Shown here in pieces: positions 9,907 to 20,380 of a DNA stretch of 64,000 bases (positions within the stretch are counted from its first letter, which is position 1; each line of letters starts with the position of its first letter). The position numbers were made by a program, and so were the translations under genes. The notes under the pieces were generated by a model. It searched no databases. It saw only the letters and a list, made by a program, of their open reading frames with translations, and had not been told where the DNA came from. Source of the DNA: Leptospira sp. GTDB taxonomy: Bacteria; Spirochaetota; Leptospiria; Leptospirales; Leptospiraceae. The stretch covers positions 192,001-256,000 of the forward strand of contig JAWXAQ010000007.1 in the NCBI GenBank assembly GCA_034439575.1, given 5' to 3'.

Positions 9907-10806
9907 TCATTCCGTTAGAGCATTAAAATCAGTAAAGTGGATTTTCCATAACATATTGCCTGATCTAGATTGGGTACGCGTAGTTTCGTGTGCAAATAAA
10001 TATTTATGAAACGCATTGATCACATTTTGTTCCACACCTTCATCGCCCGGATCAAGAATAGAATAGTACCTTCTAAATTCCCGTATAATTTGAGGAAGGG
10101 AAGCCTTCAAAAATCGAAGCGATAAGGATAAATAATCAATGCCTACAGGACTATAAACTCGTCCCATTGGCCAAATTTCTGAATTGATGCCAAGTTCTGA
10201 ACGGATCTTTGCTTCCATGTCAGAGAAGTCCAACTCATCAAAAATTTCTGAAAATCTCTGAGGTTTTGCATTTGGATCTTTATCACTTTCCACTCGAAAC
10301 ACACCACCTTTGAATCGACGAGCAATGAAATCAGAAACATAGTCACCTTCTTCCACAGCTTCTTCAATAGGAAATATTTTTGATTGGAAATAGATTCTAT
10401 CTGTTTCCACACTAGGGGATTGATTTTGTGCACCAGCTTTTTTGATCTCTTCTGGCTTTGCCCCACCTAAGTATTGCATATCGGTCGAAAAAATATACAT
10501 AAATTTTTTGTTAGCAAAGACAATGGGTCTTGCAAAAAACAATTTTCCTGTTTCTTTTTTTGGTCGAGGTTCAGGTAATAAACTAGTGCCTTCAATAGCT
10601 TCGGGAAGAAATTTAATTAAAATATTTACATACTCTGATATTGCAGAATATTCAGGCTTTGTAATGGAAGACGAAGGAAGGAAAAACTTTTCACCAAACT
10701 TAATGTATGGCGAATGTAAATTATCTACAAAAATTTCACCTGGCTTATTTTTCCCGTCCAAATCCAGAAGTTTTTTATTAATGGCTAGAATTTCTTTAGG
10801 AATCAT
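9907..10806 (-). CDS. Conserved hypothetical protein
   Basis: 299-aa ORF packed into the operon between the GH42 gene and suhB. Confidence 0.7.
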   Translation of the reverse strand: MIPKEILAINKKLLDLDGKNKPGEIFVDNLHSPYIKFGEKFFLPSSSITKPEYSAISEYVNILIKFLPEAIEGTSLLPEPRPKKETGKLFFARPIVFANKKFMYIFSTDMQYLGGAKPEEIKKAGAQNQSPSVETDRIYFQSKIFPIEEAVEEGDYVSDFIARRFKGGVFRVESDKDPNAKPQRFSEIFDELDFSDMEAKIRSELGINSEIWPMGRVYSPVGIDYLSLSLRFLKASLPQIIREFRRYYSILDPGDEGVEQNVINAFHKYLFAHETTRTQSRSGNMLWKIHFTDFNALTE

Positions 10807-12789
10807 TTATTTTTTTAACTTTTCTATTTTAAAAGCAAAAGGTTTCATTCTGCTGAATCCTACCCACCGTGTACTATTGGAATGATTCATAGTTATGCGA
10901 TAATTTGATTCTTTGCCTTCGCGGAAATGTCGTTCTATTGTTTTTCCCAAAAATTGAAATGGTATCTTTGCCTCTTTGAATATTTTACGGTATAACAAGA
11001 CAAAACTAAAAGGGTTTAGAGAAGTTCCTACATAATACACTTTCCCTTTTCCAAACTGGTTTACAGTAATCGCTGGTTTTCCTTTGTAGAATTTTTTTGA
11101 ATCAGAATACTTAGAAAATACTTTTGCAGTTGTAGGTTCAAGTATTTCACAAAACTTTTTACCCTTTAAAGGAAATACTCCCATTCGTAGCGAAACTTCT
11201 TCATTGCCGATGGCTTCAAATTGGTAAACTTCCACTCCTGCCATTTCTCTAAATTTTCCAGGCACAGGATCTTCCACCATCCAATGGTCTTTATCCTTAA
11301 TCCCCGAACGGTAGCCCAAAACCAGGATTCCACCATTCTCTACATAACTTCGAAGTTTTTCTACAATTTGATCATCAAACATTGTATATAAAGGAAGAGA
11401 CAAAACCTTGTACTTGGACCAGTCTACGTTGGCCTCAATAGGTAAAGAATGAGTATTTACATTTAGAACATTTGAACCAGCAAACCAAGTGGCAAGTTCT
11501 ATATCATAACCGACTCGCGCAAAAGGTACAGGATCAAATTTGAGCCCATCGGACAATGGTTGATGTTTGTAATTTCTGGAATTTTCAACATCGTGTAACA
11601 AAGCCACCTGAGCTGGATAAGGCGAATCCTTTATATCATCCGCAAAATCACGTAATTCTTCTATTGTTCTTTTCAACTCATAATACTTATGTGTTTTTTT
11701 CTTCCCGTGATCCAAGATTCCATAACAAAGTTGCTCTTGCCCAAATCTAGCCGTACGATATCTAAAAAAATAAACTTGATTGGCTCCATTAACTATGGCT
11801 TGAGTTAACCATAATCCGATTTGTCCTGGAGGTGGTAAATATCCGAGAGTATCATGACCTTGGACACCAGAAAATTGTTCCATTACAGTGAATGCATCAT
11901 TTTTTAATCCGCGTGAGTATTGTAAGGTGGCAGAAACTAAAGGATGGGGATAGGGTTCTTGTTGATTCCCCCAAACAGGATAATTATCCCAAGAAACATA
12001 ATCTAAGGTCTTAAATAATTCATACATATCCGTCACTGGGAGAAAAGGTGAAGGATACAAGTTTGTTGTAATTCTACGATTTTTAGAATATTTTCTAACA
12101 ATATCCGTTTGTATTTTTATGTAAGAAACTAATTCGTCTGATTGAAATCGATAATAATCTTGGATCATTGCTGGATTAAAATTACTAGCAACGTGGGCTC
12201 CCGGAAGAGGAATCTGATTCCAATCCGAATACATTACACCCCAAAATACATTCCCCCAACGTTTGTTAAGTGTAGATAAAATTTTATATTTGCTTTTTAA
12301 CCATTTTCGAAAATTGATTTCTGCTAATTTTGAATAGTCTTGATCAGATCCTTCATGTCCTGGCTCATTATCAATTTGCCATCCTACAACCGCAGGATGA
12401 TTTCCAAAATGTTTTGCCATGGCTGTAACGATTCTTTCTGTCGCCTTACGAAAAGCTGGTGAAGAAAAAGAAGCTTGCCTGCGTGTACCTATAATTCTTA
12501 TAATGCCATCCTTTGAAGTTTGGACAATTTCTGGATGCTTTTTGTATAACCAAGGAGGAAATGTAGCTGTCGGTGTTCCTAGAATGGCTGTCATTCCTAA
12601 CTTATGTATCTTATCAAGAATTTGATCAAAAAGGGAAAATTCAAATTTGCCTTCTTTCGGTTCCATAATTCCCCAAGCAAATTCAGCAAGACGGACTGAT
12701 GATAGTCCCATTTCCTTCATTAAATTTAAGTCTTCATCCCAATCTTTTTCCGTCCATTGTTCCGGATAATAATCAACACCAAAGATCAT
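10807..12789 (-). CDS. Beta-galactosidase, GH42 family
   Basis: FGVDYYPEQW, RLAEFAW..EP.EG, LGTPTA..P.W, WQIDNEP, SWDNYP, VMEQ. Confidence 0.92.
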   Translation of the reverse strand: MIFGVDYYPEQWTEKDWDEDLNLMKEMGLSSVRLAEFAWGIMEPKEGKFEFSLFDQILDKIHKLGMTAILGTPTATFPPWLYKKHPEIVQTSKDGIIRIIGTRRQASFSSPAFRKATERIVTAMAKHFGNHPAVVGWQIDNEPGHEGSDQDYSKLAEINFRKWLKSKYKILSTLNKRWGNVFWGVMYSDWNQIPLPGAHVASNFNPAMIQDYYRFQSDELVSYIKIQTDIVRKYSKNRRITTNLYPSPFLPVTDMYELFKTLDYVSWDNYPVWGNQQEPYPHPLVSATLQYSRGLKNDAFTVMEQFSGVQGHDTLGYLPPPGQIGLWLTQAIVNGANQVYFFRYRTARFGQEQLCYGILDHGKKKTHKYYELKRTIEELRDFADDIKDSPYPAQVALLHDVENSRNYKHQPLSDGLKFDPVPFARVGYDIELATWFAGSNVLNVNTHSLPIEANVDWSKYKVLSLPLYTMFDDQIVEKLRSYVENGGILVLGYRSGIKDKDHWMVEDPVPGKFREMAGVEVYQFEAIGNEEVSLRMGVFPLKGKKFCEILEPTTAKVFSKYSDSKKFYKGKPAITVNQFGKGKVYYVGTSLNPFSFVLLYRKIFKEAKIPFQFLGKTIERHFREGKESNYRITMNHSNSTRWVGFSRMKPFAFKIEKLKK

Positions 12790-12864
12790 AATTTTCCTTT
12801 TTACGATTGCCGTATCTCACTTCAAACACAGACTGAATACGAAAACCTTCGTTTCAATCAAATA

Positions 12865-13722
12865 ATGACCGATCAAGTTATTTTAGGAATAGTTCCTCAA
12901 AACCATTTTAGATTCTCTATCGCAGAATTAACCAATACTGCGAATGATATTACTACATTACACAATCTCAATCGTGAAATGTCCGTTTTCCTCTCAAAGA
13001 CCATGCTTGGTGCTCTGTTTTTAGCCGAAATGACAAAAAACCAACAAAGGGTCAGCATACAATGGAAGGACGAAACAAACAAATCGGCTCTCGCATATAG
13101 CGATCGTTATGGGAGAATAAAAGCTGTCGCTTATGGTGACATGCTAGAAGAAGGCGATATTAGAAATGAATTCATACTCGGTCAAGGAATAATGAAAGTT
13201 ATTCGTTGGCAATACGATTCAGATTTTTATCAAAGTTTTACTAACCTTATTGAAGATACGTTTGAATTTAATTTTTTAAAATATTTAGGGGAATCAGAAC
13301 AAGTAAGATCAATCGTAGGAATGGATGTTGAAAACAAAACACTACAGCCAATTAATAATCGCGTAAAGGGTGTTATGTTTGAAGCATTGCCAGAAGCTAC
13401 AGATGAGGACTTTGATTTTATAAAATCAAAGATAGAACCCTTATTCCAGAAAGAATTATTTTGGAACCAAAGCCTCGAAGAAATGAAAACAGAGCTATCT
13501 ATTGCTCTTGCTTCAGAACTTATAGTGCTATCAACCGAAGAACCAGCTTTTATCTGCGATTGTTCTAGATTCAAAGTTTCTGAAATCATTTTATCCCTTG
13601 GTAGAATCGAGGCTGATTCTATCGTAGATGAATTTGGCCAAGTGGAAATCACTTGCGAATTTTGTAAAAAAGCATATCAGTTCAATCAAGAGGATGTCGC
13701 CACTCTTTTCCAAGATGAATGA
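12865..13722 (+). CDS. hslO: Hsp33 redox-regulated chaperone
   Basis: C-terminal CDCS...CEFC zinc switch; ATG 12865 avoids overlap with the divergent GH42 gene. Confidence 0.88.
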   Translation: MTDQVILGIVPQNHFRFSIAELTNTANDITTLHNLNREMSVFLSKTMLGALFLAEMTKNQQRVSIQWKDETNKSALAYSDRYGRIKAVAYGDMLEEGDIRNEFILGQGIMKVIRWQYDSDFYQSFTNLIEDTFEFNFLKYLGESEQVRSIVGMDVENKTLQPINNRVKGVMFEALPEATDEDFDFIKSKIEPLFQKELFWNQSLEEMKTELSIALASELIVLSTEEPAFICDCSRFKVSEIILSLGRIEADSIVDEFGQVEITCEFCKKAYQFNQEDVATLFQDE

Positions 13723-14164
13723 ATTGAAACTTGAATTAGGCGAAGACAACCTAAAGCCACTTTTTGAAATTTTGACTCCATTAATTCAAAAGATTTTAAA
13801 TCAAAAGCAGTTCCCTATTATTTTATTATCCGGCGATTTAGGGGCAGGCAAAACTACTTTAGTAAGAAAATGGATGGAATCGGTAGGCTCAAATGATCAG
13901 GCAAACTCACCAACATTCACCTTACAAAATATTTACGATTGGAAAGGAATCGTAATCCACCACTTTGATTTATATAGAATTAAATCAATTGAAGAGTTAG
14001 AAGAATTAGGCTTTGAGGATATTTGGGGTAAAGTCGGAATTTGCTTTATTGAGTGGTGGCAAATTGCTGAAAATCTTATCCCTTCCCAAAGTAGGATTCA
14101 TCTGAACATCGAAACAATTGATAGAAGCAAAAGAATATACAATCTTCGGTCTATGTATTTATGA
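13715..14164 (+). CDS. tsaE: tRNA t6A biosynthesis ATPase TsaE
   Basis: LSGDLGAGKTT, SPTFTL, HFDLYR, FIEW; start overlaps the hslO stop. Confidence 0.93.
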   Translation: MNELKLELGEDNLKPLFEILTPLIQKILNQKQFPIILLSGDLGAGKTTLVRKWMESVGSNDQANSPTFTLQNIYDWKGIVIHHFDLYRIKSIEELEELGFEDIWGKVGICFIEWWQIAENLIPSQSRIHLNIETIDRSKRIYNLRSMYL

Positions 14165-14850
14165 AAGTTCTTTTCTTTGATGCCACGCAAGATTGGTTGC
14201 ATGTTGCAATAAACGAATTAAGCAATCAAGATAGAGACAAAAATGTATTAGATAAAGTTTTGTTTGAAAAAAGTGAGTATTGCCCAAAGGAATCTTCTTT
14301 TCGTCTAGTGTCCGAAATTCAAAAAGCATTGAAAATAATAGAAATCAAAAAACCTGATGCTGTAGTTTGCTTGCTTGGACCAGGTTCCTTTACAGGAATT
14401 CGCATAACGGTAGCTACTGCTAGAAATTTATCTCAATTATGGAAAATAGCATCTTACGGCATCGATAGTGTAGAAGCGTATGCCGTTTCCTATTTTTCCG
14501 AATCAAGGGCAAGGATTCATCTAGCGATTGATGGAAAACAAAATAAATTCTACTATGGCAGTTTTGATGGAACTAATTACTCAGGTAGTCGTGATTTAGA
14601 AAATCCTGATATAAAAAAAATCATAAACTTAGATCAACAAATAAACAAACAAGAATTTGTTTTTGTAGGTCAAAAACCAGAATGCTTTCCAGAAATCTCA
14701 TTAAAAATTGGAGAGACATTACCAAAATCTATGCCTATACTAAGGTACCTAAAGGAAAAAATAATCAAATTAGATTATGATCAATTTGATTACCTCCACT
14801 TAATTCCGAATTATATTCGTGGTAGTTATGTGGAAACTAACAAGAAATAA
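14161..14850 (+). CDS. tsaB: tRNA t6A biosynthesis protein TsaB
   Basis: GPGSFTGIRI motif; C-terminal PNYIR; follows tsaE. Confidence 0.92.
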   Translation: MKVLFFDATQDWLHVAINELSNQDRDKNVLDKVLFEKSEYCPKESSFRLVSEIQKALKIIEIKKPDAVVCLLGPGSFTGIRITVATARNLSQLWKIASYGIDSVEAYAVSYFSESRARIHLAIDGKQNKFYYGSFDGTNYSGSRDLENPDIKKIINLDQQINKQEFVFVGQKPECFPEISLKIGETLPKSMPILRYLKEKIIKLDYDQFDYLHLIPNYIRGSYVETNKK

Positions 14851-17018
14851 TGGACATATACAAATTACAAAAGAAAATCATTGATTACCTTGATTCAAAA
14901 TCAGGAAAAGAAGTTACTAAACAAGAAATAAAAAACAAATTTTTGGATCTAGTTGAAAAACCAAAACAACAACATATTAATCAAAAGAAAAAAAGCGCTA
15001 AACCAAAAGTTCGATCCACAAGAAAGGAGCTAGATCTTGCCGTTGAAAATCTGTTAGTATCCCTTGAGAAAGAAGGGTTATTAGAAACACACAAAAAGTC
15101 AATTTTAGTAAAATCACCTTTTCGATTTGTTGGGCGAGTCTCAATTTCCCGTAGAGGAGATGGTTTTTTAAAATTACCAAGCAAGAGCGAAGTTTTTATT
15201 CCAGGTTCATTAACAAATACTGCAATCAGTGGTGACAAAGTTGAAGTACTACCATTGGGCATTGGAAGAAAGGATCGTTTCGAAGGTGAAGTCACACAAA
15301 TCCTTCGCCGGGGCCGTACTCTTTACCGAATGAAAGTCAAAGAAAAAACTGGAAAATATATATTTGGGTTTTTCTTAGATATGTTAGGTGATGAAAAAGA
15401 GGGAGTGATTCATACAAAAACTCTTCTAAAGGATACTATAGATAATATTAATTTAGGCGATATCTTGATTGTAAAATTGAAAGAAGGATCAAGACCAGAT
15501 GATAACCTATACGAAGTTAGCTTCGATAGATTTGAATCCGATTCAAAAGAAGATCCTGATTTAATGCGTATTTTAATGAAGTACGATTTTCAAATTCAAC
15601 ATCCCGATCATATAAAACTAGACTATAATGAAGAGGTTTCTGAAAAAACCGTTCACGATTGGAATCATAGAACTGATTTAAGAGAATTATATGCCGTCAC
15701 AATTGATGGTGAAACCGCAAAAGATTTTGATGATGCGATTAGTTTTTCAGATGAAGAAAATCGATTGAGAATTTGGGTTCATATCGCGGATGTTTCGCAT
15801 TATGTAAAATTAGATTCTGATTTAGATGAAGAAGCATACAATCGTGCCACTTCTGTCTATTTAGCAAATCGTGTCGTTCCGATGTTGCCACCAATATTGT
15901 CTGAGAATCTTTGCAGTTTAGTAGCGGATGTTAATCGCTGTGCATTCACCGTCGAGATGGAAGCAAGCAGGGATGGCGAAATTTTTAATGCTAAATTTTA
16001 TAAATCTATAATTAAAGTAAACAAACGTTATACTTATGAAATGGCGGAGGCAGAAATCAAATCTGCTGATCCCAAAAATTGGATGTTTCAAATTTCACAA
16101 TTTACCGACAACTTGCGAAAAAAGAGAATTAAAACTGGCAGAGTAGATCTGAATTTAAAGGAAGCTACAATTTCTTGGGATAAAGAAAAAAAAGCCTCAG
16201 GCATAGAAATTAAAGATCGTCTAACGAGTCATATTTTAATAGAAGAATTGATGCTTTCAGCAAATATGAAAGTTGATGAATTTTTGAGAAAGAAAAATGC
16301 TCCGACTCTTCATAGAATCCATGAACCAATGGATGAAGACAAATTAGAAATGTTAAATCAATTTCTACAATTAAATGGGCATAATATCACCATCAAAGAT
16401 ACGAGTTATCCGCAAATCATGAACGCCATTCATGCAATAGAAAATAGCCCCGTTGCTAAGATATTTAATTATTTATTACTGAGAAGTTTTATGCAAGCAT
16501 ACTATGGCGGTGAAACACTTGGACATTGGGGTTTAGGTTTTAAAGATTATTGTCATTTCACTTCACCGATTAGAAGATATCCTGATCTTGTAGTACATAG
16601 AGTTCTTCATTCTGCACTTTTATCAGAAAAACTACCATATAACAAAGGTAACATTGAAGTAATGGGATTACATTGTTCCGAAGAAGAAAGAAGAGCTTCG
16701 GATGCTGAACGAGATATTATAAAAATTAAATCTTTTCGTTATCTCGAATCCACTGGAGTTACAGAATTTAAAGGATTCATCGTGGGTATTCGTCCGTCTC
16801 AAATTTTTATAGAACTAGCAGATTCCAATCTAGAAGGTGTCCTCGATAAATCTGAGTTTACAGATGAATTAGAAGTGATGATTAAAAATGATTTTTCTTT
16901 TTATTCAAAAAAATACACTAAAAACTTTTTCATAGGTGATGAAGTTTCTGTTTCACTAGATAGAATTGATTATGAAGAGATAAAAGTTTTTCTAAAACTC
17001 AAATCTTTTAAAAAATAG
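14850..17018 (+). CDS. rnr: Ribonuclease R family exoribonuclease
   Basis: TIDGETAKDFDDA, HIADVSHYV, HFTSPIRRYPDLVVHR, C-terminal S1 domain. Confidence 0.93.
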   Translation: MDIYKLQKKIIDYLDSKSGKEVTKQEIKNKFLDLVEKPKQQHINQKKKSAKPKVRSTRKELDLAVENLLVSLEKEGLLETHKKSILVKSPFRFVGRVSISRRGDGFLKLPSKSEVFIPGSLTNTAISGDKVEVLPLGIGRKDRFEGEVTQILRRGRTLYRMKVKEKTGKYIFGFFLDMLGDEKEGVIHTKTLLKDTIDNINLGDILIVKLKEGSRPDDNLYEVSFDRFESDSKEDPDLMRILMKYDFQIQHPDHIKLDYNEEVSEKTVHDWNHRTDLRELYAVTIDGETAKDFDDAISFSDEENRLRIWVHIADVSHYVKLDSDLDEEAYNRATSVYLANRVVPMLPPILSENLCSLVADVNRCAFTVEMEASRDGEIFNAKFYKSIIKVNKRYTYEMAEAEIKSADPKNWMFQISQFTDNLRKKRIKTGRVDLNLKEATISWDKEKKASGIEIKDRLTSHILIEELMLSANMKVDEFLRKKNAPTLHRIHEPMDEDKLEMLNQFLQLNGHNITIKDTSYPQIMNAIHAIENSPVAKIFNYLLLRSFMQAYYGGETLGHWGLGFKDYCHFTSPIRRYPDLVVHRVLHSALLSEKLPYNKGNIEVMGLHCSEEERRASDAERDIIKIKSFRYLESTGVTEFKGFIVGIRPSQIFIELADSNLEGVLDKSEFTDELEVMIKNDFSFYSKKYTKNFFIGDEVSVSLDRIDYEEIKVFLKLKSFKK

Positions 17019-18699
17019 AATTTGATTCAATATCAGAACGCGTCCAAATTCGTCTAAAAAATGGTTTATTGTTAATTGTGAGTTTTTTCAATTTTTGAAT
17101 GATATCTTTCTCAGAAATATTAAATTCTGACATTACTTCTCGATTTAAATTCATATGGGAATGGGTAATCCATTTAACGACAGTTTTATCTTTACGAGCT
17201 TCTTTAGGTAAGAGCTCACCCATATATTCAAAGAATTTCTGATGAGTTAAAAAACTTGCATTAGATACTTCTGGCATTGGAGCCGCGCCATGATCTGCAG
17301 TGACAACTAATAAAAATTTGTCTTCATAATTTGATCGCAAAAAATCAAAAATCTTGCGAATCTCCATATCTGTGGCTCTTAGAATGTTTTCAGACTCTTT
17401 AGATTCCCACCCATACAAATGACCTACGGCATCTGTTGCTTTTAATGTAACAAATGCTAAATCGGTTACACCATCATTAAAAAATGGTTTTGAGATTATT
17501 TCATTATTTACTACTGTTCGAAACGTTTCGCCATCTAACAAAACTTGGTATTCTGATGCTTGGAAGTGATGCATCTTTTTTATTAAATCAATCCGGTCTT
17601 TCACTTTAAATTCAGAATTTGATACTTTGTTTTTTTCAATATAGAATTGATACAAATCCAAATTATTAAGAGTCTCTGGCAATGAATACGCTTTCGTATA
17701 TGTATCCCATCTTAAAGTATTTGTATTTTCCCAATAGACAAAATCTTGATCAGGCAAATTTTCATTGCTTATTTGTTCAGGAATTAAACTTCCATGACCA
17801 GCCATTCCAATACTAGCCCTTGCCGCATAACATTGACTGACTACTACGGGCAGATTTTTATTTTTTCTATCCCATTCATCTGCAAAACTCAATGTTTTCA
17901 TTTCATTTAGATTTATTTTTTTATCTAAAGTTTCATAAGCTTTTCTTTCATTCACACTACCATTATTATAATAATAAACTTCGTTTGAAAATGTTCCCAT
18001 TTCTTTTGGAAAACTTCCTGTGCCAATGGCAGCATGTCCTACTGCTGTATGAGCCTCAAGGTGGGCAACTTTAGCCTTAGTAAAGTATGCTGATGAGGAT
18101 TTTAAAGAAGTCAAAAATGGAGAAGAATTTGGATGCGCTTTGTACAATTGATCTCCACCTTGATCTACAACGATAGTAACAATTAATTCAGGTTTGGTGG
18201 TATTTTTTGTAAAAATTTTATTATAATCTTTTATATCTATTTTATTTTTAAAATCGAAGTTTAGGATTTTTGCATATATGGAAGGGATATGCTGTTGAAA
18301 TATACTATCTGGATATGTACCTGGTTTAATCCATTTTGGACCATATATCCAAATCGGAATATTTGTATCATACGGATAATGAGTATAATGTGAAGTATAG
18401 TTTACTTCTTTTTCAAATTGTTTAAGATTTTCATCCCAACCCCAAGTATTCTTGAGTTCTTCCCAGGAAATTTCATGTTCAATGAGTATTTCTTTTAATT
18501 CATCCTGAGAATAATGAGAAAGAGTGATTGATTCTCTAGCTTCTTTATCAAATATATTGTGTGGGTAAGGAACTAGTATTAAATCTGTATCAGGTTGTAG
18601 TGATCTTCTGGCTGCTGCTTTATATTCATTCTCCCAACTGCATGTTGAAAAAAGTATGAAACTAAATAATATGATAACTTTTAAATATTTTTTGATCAT
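17008..18699 (-). CDS. Alkaline phosphatase superfamily (PafA/NPP-like) lipoprotein
   Basis: IVVDQ, HTAVGHA.IGTG, TDAVGH.YG, TADHG; lipoprotein signal from ATG 18699 (MIKKYLKVIILFSFILFSTC). Confidence 0.85.
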   Translation of the reverse strand: MIKKYLKVIILFSFILFSTCSWENEYKAAARRSLQPDTDLILVPYPHNIFDKEARESITLSHYSQDELKEILIEHEISWEELKNTWGWDENLKQFEKEVNYTSHYTHYPYDTNIPIWIYGPKWIKPGTYPDSIFQQHIPSIYAKILNFDFKNKIDIKDYNKIFTKNTTKPELIVTIVVDQGGDQLYKAHPNSSPFLTSLKSSSAYFTKAKVAHLEAHTAVGHAAIGTGSFPKEMGTFSNEVYYYNNGSVNERKAYETLDKKINLNEMKTLSFADEWDRKNKNLPVVVSQCYAARASIGMAGHGSLIPEQISNENLPDQDFVYWENTNTLRWDTYTKAYSLPETLNNLDLYQFYIEKNKVSNSEFKVKDRIDLIKKMHHFQASEYQVLLDGETFRTVVNNEIISKPFFNDGVTDLAFVTLKATDAVGHLYGWESKESENILRATDMEIRKIFDFLRSNYEDKFLLVVTADHGAAPMPEVSNASFLTHQKFFEYMGELLPKEARKDKTVVKWITHSHMNLNREVMSEFNISEKDIIQKLKKLTINNKPFFRRIWTRSDIESNSIF

Positions 18700-19762
18700 C
18701 TTCGTGATCCTTAATTTGAATTGTACAACTTTCTCTTTGCGATCACATAAAAAGCAAGTTAGAATTACTTTTGCTGGCGACATCATGTGCCATAGTTCAC
18801 AACTAGCCAGTTATTACGATTCAAAGACAAAATCATATCAGGCAGATAAAAGTTTTGATTATATCGCAAAGAGAATTAAAAATTCAGATCTTGTTCTGGG
18901 TAATTTAGAAACAACGATTGTTTCGAGTCCAGATCTATACAGTGGCTATCCTCGTTTTGGTTCCCCAAAAGCTATCGTAAAGTCACTAAAAAAAACAGGA
19001 TTTCATATTATATCAACTGCCAATAATCATTCTGCCGACAAAGAATCGTTAGGTATTGATTTAACAATTGATACAGTCTTAGAAGAAGGAATGATTCCAA
19101 TAGGAACTTACAAATCTATGGATGATTATATAACCAGGAAAAATTTAATCATTACATTGAATGATATAAAAATTGCAATTTATAATTATACGTATTCTAC
19201 AAATGGAGTTAAAGTTCCTAAAGATCGAATCGTTAGGTTGATTGATGAAGAATCTATATCAAAAGATTTAGCATTCGCAAAACAGAATCAAGCAGACTTT
19301 ATTATTGTTTGGTATCATTTTGGAACCGAATACCAAATTAAGCCAGATTCATACCAGGAAAAATGGGTCAATTTTGCTTTAAAAAATGGCGCTAACATTG
19401 TCATAGGTGGACATCCGCATGTAGTTCAAAAAATAGAAAGATATAATCTAAATAAAGATTCACTGTCTGATGAACAATTCATAGCGTATTCATTGGGAAA
19501 TTTTTTATCAGCTCAGTCGCGTCCATTTACGGATGGTGGTATGTTATTACATTTTAACATACTTATAGAAGAAAATGGAAAGCGAACAATTTCTGATATT
19601 AAACCCGAACCTGTTTGGGTATCCCCCAATGGATATAGAATAATTCCAATAGAGGCATATTTAAACAATGAAATGGAGATCCAATTGAGTCCTAATCATA
19701 AAAAACGTATGTTAAATTATTATAAAGAGTTTCAGAAAGTGATGAACGATAATAAAATTTAA
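18671..19762 (+). CDS. CapA (PGA_cap) family metallophosphatase-like lipoprotein
   Basis: FAGDIM, GNLET, TANNHSAD, HFG.EY, GGHPHVVQ, YSLGNF; start 18656 or 18671. Confidence 0.9.
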   Translation: MITFKYFLIIFVILNLNCTTFSLRSHKKQVRITFAGDIMCHSSQLASYYDSKTKSYQADKSFDYIAKRIKNSDLVLGNLETTIVSSPDLYSGYPRFGSPKAIVKSLKKTGFHIISTANNHSADKESLGIDLTIDTVLEEGMIPIGTYKSMDDYITRKNLIITLNDIKIAIYNYTYSTNGVKVPKDRIVRLIDEESISKDLAFAKQNQADFIIVWYHFGTEYQIKPDSYQEKWVNFALKNGANIVIGGHPHVVQKIERYNLNKDSLSDEQFIAYSLGNFLSAQSRPFTDGGMLLHFNILIEENGKRTISDIKPEPVWVSPNGYRIIPIEAYLNNEMEIQLSPNHKKRMLNYYKEFQKVMNDNKI

Positions 19763-20379
19763 ATATCGTCTTTTATTTCATCATAACCGAGTCCTTCACG
19801 TAATACTTTTATTTTGTCTTCAGTACAATCGAGAATTGTTGACATTTCTATTTTTACAATTCCTCCATCTATAATTGAAGTTACATGCTTCCCGTAAATT
19901 GATTCTAAATCATCTATATCAATGATAAATTCATCATTCGTAAAGGCAGATGCTGAAGTTATAGGATCATTATGGATCGACAACAAAGTTTGTAAATAAA
20001 TATGATTTGGAAATCTGATACCTATATGCTTATCCTTGTGATGAGCAAACGAAGGTTTCGGCAAATTTTTACTGGCTTTGAGAATAAATGTAAAAGGACC
20101 AGGTGTAATTTTTTTCATTAACCTGTAAGTAGGGTTTGGCAAATATTCTATCATTTGCGAAGCCATAGAAATGTCTTTGCATAATAATGAGAGTGGCTTA
20201 TCTTTCGGAAGTTTTCTTAATTTATATAAATTATCAACACCCGTTCTGGAATTTGCATCAGCAATTATTGCATAAACCGTGTCTGTTGGGAAAATAAATA
20301 ATTCTCCATCCCTTAACCGATCGGATATCTGTTTTAATTTCCGTATTTCTGGATTTTCAGGATGGAGATAATCTATCAT
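19759..20379 (-). CDS. Sua5/YrdC/YciO family protein, YciO-like
   Basis: FPTDTVY, PGPFT, GIR.P, ST..D; lacks the KxR/SxN tetrad of TsaC. Confidence 0.85.
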   Translation of the reverse strand: MIDYLHPENPEIRKLKQISDRLRDGELFIFPTDTVYAIIADANSRTGVDNLYKLRKLPKDKPLSLLCKDISMASQMIEYLPNPTYRLMKKITPGPFTFILKASKNLPKPSFAHHKDKHIGIRFPNHIYLQTLLSIHNDPITSASAFTNDEFIIDIDDLESIYGKHVTSIIDGGIVKIEMSTILDCTEDKIKVLREGLGYDEIKDDI

Positions 20380-20380
20380 T

